Position numbers and translations under genes: made by a program | Assembly: GCA_016748015.1 (NCBI GenBank) | Contig: JAAOMT010000543.1 | Span: 1-64,000 of the forward strand | DNA length: 64,000 nt | Reading direction: 5' to 3' | Source of the DNA: Geosiphon pyriformis uo1 | Taxonomy: Eukaryota > Fungi > Glomeromycota | Notes under the pieces: generated by a model | Told to the model about the DNA's origin: nothing | Databases searched by the model: none | The model's input: only the letters and a program-made list of their open reading frames with translations | Shown: positions 1 to 12,103 of the stretch, piece by piece | Numbering within the stretch: the stretch's first letter is position 1 | Layout: the number at the start of each line of letters is the position of its first letter

Positions 1-181
1 TAATTTTTCCTAATTCATAAATGTTTGTTTTAGCTTCAAAAATCTGGAGTTAATTTTTTATCTTTTTCTCTATAACTAATGTATACTAGTCATATAGTAA
101 AATAGAAATTGATTGATGAATGAAAATAATTTTTTACTTATCAATAGTTTTCTCTTTTATTATATTGATTGGTATTTCTAT

Positions 182-575
182 TCTACTTATAAATCCAAAT
201 TCCTTTATTTCTCTTGCTATAATCCCTAACTTTTTTCTTATTTCTACTGACACTAACTGAGCTATTTTAACCAAAGACAAGAATATTGCCTGTGTTATCT
301 TTTTGTTTGGTTTAATAGTATATTCTTTTTTTGAGTCATTTTGTAGTATTGCAATAATATTTTCTATATATTTTGTATTAATTATTCTTCTTTTGATATT
401 AATTTTTTTTTACTAAATTAGATTTAGATGCTAATTGAAATATTGTTATTGCCAAAATTTTTAGTACTATTTTTAGATCTATATTGGTATGTAAATGAGA
501 TTTCAATTAAATGGCAATTTTTCCTGAATATCTGAGATTAAACTTTGTATTAGTATTATGTATGTGTTTTGACAT
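182..575 (-). pseudogene. Degenerate trimeric dUTPase domain within a Ty3/Gypsy retroelement remnant
   Basis: Minus-strand reading gives, in order, mutated dUTPase motifs: 'KHIHNTNTKFNLRYSGK' (~AGFDL), 'QLASKSNLV' (~RSS), 'RRIINTKYIENIIAILQND' (~GIIDxxYxG), 'ITQAIFLSLV' (~IAQ) and 'ITAR-like IIAREIKEFGFISR' (~RGxxGFGSTG). Differences are mostly G->A changes. Confidence 0.7.
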
Positions 576-1911
576 AATATTTTTATTATTATTATTAAAT
601 CATTTAAGTTCCTGCTTTATTGAAAGATCTAAAAGTGCAATATATTGTTTAAAATTTTTATTGGAGTTTAAATTATTATTTTTGTTATTGCTATTGTAGA
701 CAAAATTGAAATTATAATTGTTATTATTGTCAAAATCTAAATCATAATTAGATTTTGATTTTAATTCTGATACATATTTATTGATTGGTTTTTTCTCTTT
801 AGAAATTAAATAGATTATGTATAATAGTGAATTGTAAATGAGGTTACAATTATTATAATATTTGAAGTCACTGAAAATTAGATAATATTTACAAAGTCTA
901 GTATTTAGTTGTTTTAACTACTGCTCTTGTTCTTTTTTAGTAAGTATTAAATCTTGGTAGTGTTTATAAAATTGTTTTAAATTGTTCAAAATGTCAATAA
1001 ATGTATTTAAATTAGAAATAAAAACAAAATCAACAGGTTTTGGTAGGTTGTTTTTAATGATAAGTATTTTATTGAGTAAAGTATTTTCAACTTTGGCACT
1101 AACTATTTACCAGATTTCATCTTCATTGTGTAAGTAACTATTTAAGTGTGAAAGTACTCTATTCCACATGGCATTAAAAAGTGTTTTTTGGCTTATTCAG
1201 TTACTGATAAGAATTGTGTATTAACCCAATGCATCATATATTCTTTTTTAATTAGAAATGTTGTTTTATATTCTTTCATTGAATAAGATTTTCTTACAAA
1301 CAAAACATAATTTGTTGTATTATTTTTCTTGTTATTTTGAATACCCAATATGTTTTTAGTGACATGGTTTACAATAATAATGAGTATGTATTCAGTAGTT
1401 TTTTTTAGATAAAATCTAAGCTCTTATAGAAGAAAACTTTTTATTATAATCAATATATCTAAATATAATATATAACAGTTTTTTCTTTATATTAATAAAA
1501 TATGATCTATTTTATCTACTGGTTATTTTTTAATAGCTATAGTGGTTTTTGGTTTGTCTTTTTTTTTTTATTGTCTTAAGAGAGTATTAGTGGTAATTTG
1601 TTAGGTTTGTTTTTAGCTCATGAAACTTAATAGATTTTTTATATAAGTTTTTTTTTTAATCAATAGTTGCTTTCTTAAAAAAGCTTTAAAGTATTCACAA
1701 ATGACAAACACTTAAATATATTGACTATTAAATGTTAACTGGAGCTTTTAAGTGTTTTAGTTGAGTATAGTGTTGGTTTTAGACAGCTAGTTATTACTAA
1801 TAAAAGCTTAATACTGTATGGTTTTTATTATCAACACTTTGATTGGTGTGATAATGCCATTGATTTTAAAAAAAAAATCATTAATTTTGTCAATTAAAGT
1901 CTTTGGCACTC

Positions 1912-2530
1912 TGTTATTACTTATAAAAAAATACAAAAAAAAGAAAGCTGGAAAAACAGATAAAAAAATAGACCAATAGAAGAATAATACTTAACATATA
2001 AACACAATGTTAAAAACTATGACACATTGTTTAGAAATGTATATAGTGCTAACAAATTAAGGCACACTACTTAACAATATAAGCAATATTAGTAAATTAG
2101 AACATACTGCTTAGCAATATAAGCAATATCAATAAATTAGGGCATATTGCTTAAGAAAATATGAGATTTTATAAAACAAAAAATATGTATATATAGTAAA
2201 AGTATTAGAAATGAAAAAGACAAAATCTAGTTTAGAATCAATTTCCACAATCAATTAATTATCTTATATCTCTTTCTTTAAAAGGAAGTTTTTTATAACT
2301 TAAAATAGAATTTAATTATATATTAATAAAAATATTAATTATTATTTGAATCCATGTTATTGTTATTTAATTAAGAACTATTTATTGTTTTTACTCTATT
2401 AATATTTTATGTTGATAAAATCCAATACTTAATTACACTGAACTAATAGTTCTTAATTATGACTATTAACAGGATACTAATTTTTTATTTTTCTTTTATT
2501 TTTTTTATTTTTTTTCTTTGATTGTTGCTT
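1912..2530 (+). repeat. LTR-like repeat, copy 1
   Basis: Shares blocks such as 'tttttataacttaaaatagaatt', 'aatacttaattacactgaactaatag' and 'ttatgactattaa' with 7491-7990 (+), and with 5090-5420 and 9110-9630 in reverse complement. Boundaries are approximate. Confidence 0.65.
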
Positions 2531-2539
2531 TGGCATTAA

Positions 2540-5060
2540 GAATAACTCTACTAAATAAAGATGTTATTGCTAATTCTTCTAATTCAAAAGGAAAAATGGC
2601 TGCAAAAGACTTGTTTTCAGTAATAGTTACTAGTGAAATGTTTTTAATAAGTAGTTGGTGATTGGTTTCTAAGTTGTTAGATGGGTTGTTTTTTGAAATA
2701 ACTAAGAGACTTAAATAATTTTAGAAATTCAGGTTTTGGATATATCTATTTTCTGAACTCTATTGATATAATTCTAATGGCTGGTTTGATGAACTGAAAA
2801 TTGGTTAGTATATTATTATTGCCAGTTTTTTATTTTGCCGAATATAAATGATTCTTGGTTTTGGATTTTTGGTTAATGTTAATACAGTAATTTAGAGCAA
2901 TACTTGAATTTATTGGTGTTGATAAATTACTTGTGACTGTGGTTAATATATTACTAATATTGAAGTTTAATATACTGAAGGTAAATATATTAGTTGTTGT
3001 ATTATTAAGGTGTAATAAGATTAATATTGATATTGTTCCTAATTCAAAATATAATTTAGAGTTTAAAACTAGCAATTGAGATTTTAATATTGATTTTCTG
3101 ATTATTAGTTATTAAATTTAGCATAATAATTTGCTTTTAGATAGCCTTTTTTATCACAATAATAACAATTATGTATTTTTTGTTGTCATAATTGATTTGA
3201 CAATAATAAACACAATTGATTTTGGAAACAATTAGAGTTTTTTTAATTGTTATAACATTGTGAAAATTAATAAATTGCTTAGCTGTTAGCTAAGTATCCT
3301 TCTAATTTCTGATTAATAAAGTTACTAAATTGTTTTAACTTAAAATCTAATTTAAATAATCTATTCATTACTAGATTTATGGTTTGGACATAGTTTGGCT
3401 TTAAGTTTGGTTAATTTAAAATCTCTGATATGTGTAACTATATTTTAGAAAATATTTGGGTGTATTAAATATACTTGTTGTAGTAAACTATTATATAATC
3501 CACAAATAAACTAGTTTAAAATCTTTGCTACTATAAAATAGTTAGCTTGAATTGGCTAAATTTAGCATAAATTTTTGTGAAAACATTTTAAGTAAGTAGT
3601 AATTACTTTAATATTATCTTGTTTGATTATAAAACTAGTTAGCAAGCAATTTAAGTTATAATTATTTCTAAAATATCATAGAAATGCAGTTTTGAATGCA
3701 TCAAAATCTTAGAATTTTTTTACAACATTTTAATATTATAAGTTAATAGTCCTAAAAATAGTATGGGATGGCTTGAATTGTTTTGGCATTATCTTATCTA
3801 TTGGTTACAATAGCTTTTTTTATATTGTTTAGTTATGCTTGAACATTGTTCTCTTTGCTGATAAATTTTTTTAATTTGACAATAGGTATATATGCCATTA
3901 GTACATATTGTTGTTGTTAAAATTGTGGTTGTAGTGTGATAATTTGTGCAACTGGTAAATCAATCACAATAACTAGAAGTAAAATTTGAATTGTTTAAGT
4001 TTGGCTAAATTTAAACAATTAAAGTTATAATTTTCAGATTAATTGAGATTAAGTTTTGATTATTATTTCTTTAATCACTGTTTTTTTTTCTTCTAATTTG
4101 GTATCTTTTCAATGACTAATAAATTCGAAATTGGGTTGAAATGGCAGTGATTAAAGTTCTGATGATGTTATTGGTCACAATTTAAATTCTTCAAAAAAAT
4201 TGCCATAAGTTCTTAATAATTTGGCTTTTTCTTAATAATAGTGTTTTTATGGCTGCTGTGAATACAACTGTTAATATTATGTTAATAGTATTTTCAGATA
4301 TATAGTGATATAATAAGTTAATAAGTTAATAAATAAAACAATTTTTGGTTTCTTCTAATTAGATAATTGTATTTTTTTTAATGTTTTTGCTAGAGTTTGT
4401 AATTTTTTTTTGTTTACAAAAGTAATAAAAAATCTCTGTTAAGTATAATGCTTAATTTTTCTGTTTATTTTTGGGCTTAATGATACAAACAAATGATTTG
4501 ATACAAATGTAGTGTTTTGTAGTAGTTTACTATAAAAATTTTTAAGGGTGGCTTCTGAATTTTCTTGGTTTTCCAAGTAAAATTTAATTTTTTTGTTGAT
4601 ATAAAAATTGAAAGCTAATTTTGCTGGCTAATAGTTACTTGTTAGTTTAAAATGAATTTGGTAATATTAAAATAAGAATTTTGTAAATTCTAAATGATTT
4701 TTTCCTATAATTTCTTAGTCTGTCACTTTTCTGAATAATTGATGTTGATGCTGGTTTTCTGTTAAATTATATCTTACAAAGAGTATTAAATATTACAAGT
4801 AATTATTTAAGTATTAGAACAAATAATAAACTCATAACTTGGTACTCAATAGCTGGTAATATTAGTAATTTCTGAAGATTTTGAAGTTTAAAAGTTTTGG
4901 TTGAGTTTTTTATATAATAAACAGAAATTTAATAGATTGTTTTTTTTGTAAATTCTTTTTTTCAACATAATGGCCAGTTTATTTTGGTAGTTGTATTCTT
5001 TTGATAAGCTATTTTTAAATTTCTATTCTTATTTCTGGGTTTTTTATTAGACTATTCTTG
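2540..5060 (-). pseudogene. Retrotransposon gag remnant
   Basis: Minus strand at 3370-3850 gives decayed retrotransposon-gag text: 'QAIPYYF', 'FDAFKTAFL', 'QILN*FICGLYNSLLQQV', 'LKPNYVQTINLVMN'. It has many stops. 4260-5060 is repeated at about 8330-9110. Confidence 0.65.
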
Positions 5061-5089
5061 ATGTCAAATACTCAATACTTAATTTCTTT

Positions 5090-5420
5090 AATTAATTAGT
5101 AAACAACAAAAAAATAAAACAAAAAAAAATAAAAAAAAATAAAAAATTAGTATTTTGTTAATAGCTATGATTAAAAACTATTGGTTTAATATAATTAAGT
5201 ATTGAATTCTATTACATAAAGTATTAATAGTATAAAAGTAATTAATATTCTTAATCAACCAATAATAACATAGATTAAATAATAATTAGATATTTTATTA
5301 ATATTGATATATTTCTACTTTAAGTTATAAAAAACTATTTTTTGAAAAAATGGTATTAGAGTTTTGAACTTGATTAAATTCTGTATTTTTTTTGCTTTTA
5401 ATACTCTTACTATATATAAT
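5090..5420 (-). repeat. LTR-like repeat, copy 2 (reverse orientation, upstream of gag remnant)
   Basis: Reverse-complement match to 2190-2530 and 7650-7990; direct match to 9110-9420. Confidence 0.65.
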
Positions 5421-5629
5421 TCTCTAAAAAAATTCTGGAATTTTGGAATTCTATAATTCTTCCAGAGAAATTCTGCAATTCTAGAATTCTACAATTCCCT
5501 ATTTTTATTATGTCTATTTTTGATTGGCTATTTTACTTATTATTATAATTTCTAATTTTTATAAGTAATATCTGTTATTCAAAATAATTATTGAATTAAA
5601 GAAAGAAATAATTTTGTTTAATATTTACT

Positions 5630-6660
5630 CAAATTCAACTGCAGAACATTTTTATAAAAAAGAATCCATAAAAAAAACCAGAAAAAAATACTATTGGCCA
5701 TTAATATATTCAAACATTATTTAAAATGTTTAAAATTGTAATCTTTATCAAAAAAAAAAAAAAAACCCAGCAAATTATTAAAAACAATCAAAGTAAGACA
5801 ACTATTTGATTAAATTAGAATTAACTTAGTTAGATTATTGACAATAACTAGTAAAAACAACTAATATATAACAATAGTTATGGATTATTTTACAAAATAG
5901 CCAGAAGCTAAAATTATTCAAAAAGTAAATGCAAAATTTGTAGCCAAATTCATATATCAAAATTTAATTTATTAATATAAATATTCAAAAAAAATTGTTA
6001 TTAGACCAAAACAACTTATTTTGTAAACAAAATATTAACAAAATTAAGTCTAAAATTTGAAATTAAAAAATCATTATTATCTCTATATTATTTACAAACA
6101 AATGGTTTAGTCAAAAGATTTAATAAAACATTATATGAAGTAATAATTAAGATCAGTCAAAAAAACTAAGACAAATAAAATTTGTTTATATCATCAGTAT
6201 TATTTGCTTATTAGACAATAAAGCAAGATATTATATAAGCAATACTATTTGAATTAATCTATAGTAGAAAAATAATATTATCAGTTAAAATAGATATTAA
6301 TATATATCAAATAAAGCCAATAATAGAAGCCAATTTTTAAGAAACATTGCTAAAAAAACATATAATTTAATAGAAATTCTAAAAAACAAAAAACAAAAAA
6401 CAGCTAAGAATATATAAAAGTTACAAAAAAAACAAAAAAAATAATATGACAACCAATTATTAAATAAACTGGTCGAATTTTAAATTGGAAACAAAATATT
6501 TTTACATTATATTAAAGCAAAAAAATAATGAAATAGAAAGTTTGATTCCAAATAGGACAGTCTATTTTACATTAAAAAAATTCTAAAAAATAGAACTTAT
6601 AAATTAAGATGTAATAACAAAATTTTAATCAAAGCAGTACATAATAATTAACTAAAATCA
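5630..6660 (+). pseudogene. Ty3/Gypsy integrase remnant (H2C2 Zn-binding domain, rve core, C-terminal GPY/F region)
   Basis: 'TAEHF', 'KYYWP', 'CNLYQ', 'LFD*IRINLVRLL' (~PFDRIGIDLVGPL), 'MDYFTK*PEAK' (~MDYFTKWPEA), 'LYYLQTNGLVKRFNKTL' (~PYHPQTNGLVERFNxTL), 'SVLFAY*T', 'KFDSK*DSLFYI' (~KFxPKWxGPF). Stops and frameshifts throughout. Confidence 0.85.
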
Positions 6661-7490
6661 TATTATAATATAGTATTATTATCTATTAGTAATATTTTAT
6701 AATTGAAAGTACAAGAAATATTAGTTAAACCAGATAAAATTTTACGAGATTTGGAACCAATTATAATTATCAAAAAAAACAAAAAATAGATTAAGATAAA
6801 AATATATAAAGATATAGTATATATAACAAAAACAATAGTAAAAAATAGAAATCTCAGATTATATTTACACAATAGTACAACAATTGTTTTAAGCCATAAA
6901 TCAATAATAATTAAAAATAAAAATCATTATTAATTATCAAAAAATTTGTTATAAAAATACAAAAAAAAAGCTAAGATCATTCTATATTAGTAGTTACATA
7001 GTCAAACAAAGCATTAGTTAGATAAAATTATAGAAAAAGTAAAGAACACTTTTGAGAAAATACCAGTTATTGTTCTAACAAAAAAACCAACTAAAAAAAA
7101 CTAAAAGCTATCGATAAAACAATTTTTAATAGTATACTGTTATTATCAGTTAAAACAAAAACTAAATATTTAGAAATTATATATTGACAAATCCAAAAAA
7201 ATGTTTAATCAAGAAATTGTACAACAGATTAAAGACTTTATTAGAAAGAAGACAAATTTTATACTATATATCAAAACAATTTACTGATTATATGTCATAT
7301 TTCAAAATTATCTAAAAATACTACTATATTTAAAATGGAATCTATAACTATTAACCAATAAAGAAGAATAACCAACTCTTAATTTAAAGAAATAAGAACC
7401 AGAATTAAACAAACAATATTAAAAAAAGAAGTAATTAACTTAATTTAAATTAAAAATTTTAATAAAGCTTAATATTAAAAGAGAAAATAT

Positions 7491-7990
7491 TATTATTCAT
7501 AAAAAAAAAAATAACAAAAAAAGATAGGAAAAACAGATTATAAAATAGACTAATAAGAAAATAGTACTTAACAAATGAACACATTTCCAAAAAATAGCAT
7601 AGAAAAAAATAAAAATATGTAAGATTTTGTATAAAATAAATTATGTATATATAGCAAGAATGTTAAAAGCCAAAAAAACAGAATAGTAACTAATGATAAG
7701 TAATTATTAATTATTTTTTTCTTTAAAAAATAGTTTTCTATAACTTGAAATAGAATTATATTTATATTAATAAAAATATCTATTCTTATTTAATTTATAT
7801 TGTTATTATTTGATTAACAAATATTAATTATTTCTATACTATTAACAATCTATATTAATAAAATCTGATACTTAACTATATTAAACCAATAGCTTTTAAT
7901 TATGACTATTAATAAAATACTAATTTTTATTTTTTCTTCTTATTTTCTTTTATTTTTTTTATTTTGTTTTCTTTGTTGTTTACTAATTAA
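7491..7990 (+). repeat. LTR-like repeat, copy 3 (3' of integrase, preceded by a purine tract)
   Basis: Matches copy 1. Preceded by 'aaaagagaaaa' (decayed PPT-like) and followed by a fragment of the gag 5' region (about 8000-8240). Confidence 0.65.
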
Positions 7991-8249
7991 TTAAGAAATT
8001 AAGCAGTAAATAATTAATATTAAGAATAATCTGATAAAAAATCCATAGAACAAAGATAAAAAAACTTAAAAATAACTTATCAGAAAAGCATAACTGTTAA
8101 AATAAATCAGTCACTATGTTAAAATAAAAAAATTATTAATTGAATTTTTGTTTATTATACAAAATACTTAACCAAAATCTTTAGATCATAAAACCTTCAG
8201 AAATCACCAGCATCAACAACTATTGAACACCAAGTTATAAGTTTGTTTT

Positions 8250-9630
8250 TTGTTTTAACATTCTAAATAAACATTTATAATAATAAAATTTTTGTGACAA
8301 TTGGTTTTGCTATAGATAATAACATAAATTCTGCTAGTATATTAATAGTATTTTTTAGTATATAATTATATAATAAATGTATTGGAAAAACAACTCTTGG
8401 TTTTTTTTAGTTAGGTAATTATACTATTTTAGGTATATTTACTAATATTTGTATTTTGTTTTGTTTTTGTTTGCAAATATAATTAAAAACTTTTGCTGAG
8501 TGTATTTTTTAATTTTACAATTGATTTCAGTAATAATTATAGCAAAATTGTAATTCAATAATAAGCTAGTATATTGAAATAATTCATTAAAAAAATTTTT
8601 TTTTGCTAATTCAAAATCTGCTTGTTTTTCTACAAAATATACAATTTTTATTAATGTAAAAATTGAAGACTAATTCAGTTGAAAATAGTTGTTGGTTAAT
8701 TCTAATTATTATTAATATTATTAGAATAAAGATTTGGTAAATTCTAAATAGTTTGTTTTTACTATTTTAATTCTGTTACTTTTCTAAATAGTAGATGTTG
8801 ATAATAGTTTTTTGTTAGATTATACTTTATAGAGAGCATTAAATATTACAAATAATTATTTAAGTATTAAAAATAAATAATAAATCTGTAATTTAGTGCT
8901 CAATAACTATTAAGAATAGTAAATTTTGAAGATTTTATTTTGGTTAAGTCTTTTGTGTAATAAACAAAGATATAATTAATGTTTTTTTTATGAATTTTTT
9001 TTAATGTAATAATTGGTTTAATTTAACAGTTGTGCTTTTCTGATAAGTTATCTTTAAATTTTTTACTTTTATTTTATAAGTCTTTTATTAGACTATCTTT
9101 AACATCAATTAATTAATAAACAATAAAGGAAAAAAATAAAAAAAATAAAAAATAAATAAAAAATTAGTGTTTTATTAATAACTATAATCAAAAACTATTG
9201 GTTTAATATAATTAAATATTAGATTCTATTAATATAAGTTGTTAATAGTATAAAAGTAATTAATATTTTTTAATTAAGTAATAATATGTATTTTTATTAA
9301 TATAAATATAATTCTATTTCAAGTTATAAAAAACTATCTTTTAAAGAAAGAAATATTTTATAATTACTTGTTTTTAGTTATTGTTTTGTCTTTTTTGCTT
9401 CTAATATTTTTGCTATATATATATAATTTGTATTATATAAGATCTTATACATTTCTACTTTTTTTTATGCTAATTTCTGAAAATATGTTTATTCTAAAAA
9501 ATATATACATTTCTAAAAATATGTTATAATTTCCTAAAAATGTGTTTACTTATTAAGTACTATTCTCTTATTGATCTATTTTATAATTTGTTTTTTCTTA
9601 TTTTTTTGTATTTTGTTTCTATAAATAACA
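8250..9630 (-). mobile_element. Second copy of LTR plus gag 5' region (minus strand), abutting a LINE remnant
   Basis: 8330-9420 is colinear with 4260-5410. On the minus strand it begins TGTTA at 9630. Confidence 0.65.
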
Positions 9631-10700
9631 GTATGCTGATGAGCTAGCCAACTTAGCTTTATATTTAAATTTAGTGCTTTTTGTTTTTGTTAAAGAGAAA
9701 TATATTAAAATTGAGAAAATAATAGTTTTTAAAAATGTCTGTCATTTTATTTGCAATGTTTTTAGAACTGTTTGTTATACTTACTAAAAGATTGAGTTTG
9801 AATCTAATATTATTAATAAAGAGATGATTAAAAATGTGGATTGGATTTAAACATTATCAATTTGGTATTCTAATTTGTATATAATTTCTGATTTTATAAA
9901 TAAACTTATTGCTGGTTTATATTCATATTTTATGAAAACTTTTTATTATTGTTTTTTAGTTATTGTACATAAGTGCTTGTATAATAAGAAGTATTCTAAT
10001 GTATTATGTTTCCATTGTAAAGAAATAGAACTTTTTAATTACTTTTTTATATGCAAGATGAATTTTGCTTTTTACAAAAATCTGTTTAATAAACATTTGG
10101 CTTAGTAAAATTTTATATCAGGCTTGAACTTGTCATTATTTCATATTTTACAAATGCTTTTTTTGTGTGTATTTAATAATATTGTATATACTACTGTGTA
10201 TAAAAGTTTTATGTTTAAAGAATAATATTTAGAAACTGTGTTTATTTTCGGCTGTTCTAAAATTATTGACAAGAAAATTATTGATTTGGTGCAGAACTTG
10301 AGAATAGTTTATTGTGTTAAAATGTAATTAGTATAGTTTAAATACAGAGCATTAATAGAAAGAAGTAGTTTGATTGTGCAGAATGATTCTATGTTTCTAG
10401 TAGTCTATAGTCTATTGTCTTTGTTTTTTGATAATATTGTTAAATAGCTTGAAATTGTAAAAACATATAGTATTGATTTCAGTTTGCATAGACTATGTAA
10501 TTTTTTTTCTGGTGTTGATTGTGCAATTTCTGTCAAGATAAATTTATAATATTGTTTTAATTGGCTTGAGTAACTGGTCATATGTAAAAAATACATGATT
10601 CACACCTAGTTTAGATTACTTAATTTGATGTATTGTGCTAAATAGCATTTAGACCTTACTTGTAAAATGTTAATAATAAAAAAATATCACTGTTGTTAAA
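9631..10700 (+). mobile_element. Non-LTR retrotransposon (LINE) 3' remnant: end of RNase H plus C-terminal CCHC zinc finger
   Basis: 'YADELANLA' at about 9632 (~RNase H NExADxLA). ORF 9875-10105 reads 'GLYSYFMK...LCFHCKEIELFNYFFIC', matching the zf-RVT-like CxxC-x7-H-x3/4-C pattern with H mutated to Y. Confidence 0.6.
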
Positions 10701-10892
10701 ATTAGCATTTTGAAAATATTACATTTAATAAATATTAAGTGCTATTATAAGTATTAAATTTGAATTACTTTGTTTTAATTTATAAAGTTATTTTTTTTGC
10801 TTTAATTAAAAATTCTATTTTTAAATATACATATGCTAGAAAACATAAATAGTGCTTAAATTAAAATTTGTTAAATTATTTTTGAAAATATA

Positions 10893-11294
10893 TGTTATTA
10901 TTTCAATATTACTATAATTAAATCTTTAAATTAAAAAAACATGCTTTTATATAATTTAATATATAACTTATGTCTTAATTATCTTATTTTAGAATTAATT
11001 GTTGATTTAATTAATGATTAATTATTGGTCTAGTTAATGACTTGATTATTTGTTTTTTTATTAGTTATATAAGCAAACTCTTTTAAAATTATAAAAAATT
11101 ACTAATTGAATTATTTTTTTACTTTCAAAAAGTTTTTGAAAAAATTAATCTTTTTAATTTTTGAGACTAATCACATTAATTGAATTGTCTACACATTAAG
11201 TTGCTTTTTAATTAAAATTTTTGATTGGTTTTTTTATTACTCTAAGTTATTTTCATCTTTGCTATCTATTAGTTTGTTATTTTAACTTGTAACA
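10893..11294 (+). mobile_element. Decayed solo LTR, related to the intact solo LTR at 29346-29746
   Basis: TGTTA...GTAACA ends, 402 bp versus 401 bp. Shared internal landmarks: 'ttttagaatta.t.gttgat', 'tatataagc', 'tgagact.at'. Confidence 0.55.
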
Positions 11295-12103
11295 ATAATA
11301 TCCAATTACTTGAAACATATATTATTTAATTTTTTACTCTATTTTACATTTTATTTTTAATATTAATGTTACTTCTTCTTAAAATATGCATAAAACAACA
11401 GTATTTTCATAATCAACTTTGCAATGAATTGTCAATGACTTAACACAAATAATTGTAGTGTTTAATGATGATTGATTTTGAGACTGCTACATAAACTGCT
11501 TCAAAAATCATGTGTGTGTTCATGTTGCAATTACTTTTCATTACATTGCACATGCATTTTCCAATTCAATTGTTCTGTATTTTTATCACTTTAGCATTGG
11601 AATTCATTACAAACAGCATCTTGAGCTTTTCATATCTAGTATTTATTATTTGAATTTTCAAATCTAGTAAATGAGTCGGCAAGTTTCTAGCGATCATTTC
11701 GGCAACCAACAAAACCACTCTCTGGAAAATTATGAACCTATTTATCCGATTCCCTATTTTAATGACCAAGACGTTATTTACGTAAAAGCTAATAAAACTT
11801 CCTTATTTTAACGAACCGTTGGCGCATTCAAGATTCGACCAAGTCCAAATTTAGGAATTATGAATTATGAATTATCTCCCCTAAAGACCACAGCAAAATA
11901 GCACTCACCCTTAAAATCTTGAACTTGGTGAAATGCAGAGCAAATTTATATCCTGGTCATGGTTTGGCTAATTATTAATTCCTGTACTGAAACTTCAAAT
12001 CTAATTTAAAGTTAAGCAGTTAAACCATAGTCTTCGATATGGAAATTGCATTGTTCATCAATTTTTACTATTAGTTTTCTAAGGAATTCTTTATCCTAAA
12101 ATG

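Larger units (their letters stand above)
1..9630. mobile_element. Cluster of nested/fragmented, hypermutated Ty3/Gypsy LTR retrotransposons
   Basis: Contains gag, integrase and dUTPase remnants and four copies of one LTR-like block in both orientations. There are no long ORFs and CpG is nearly absent. Confidence 0.85.
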
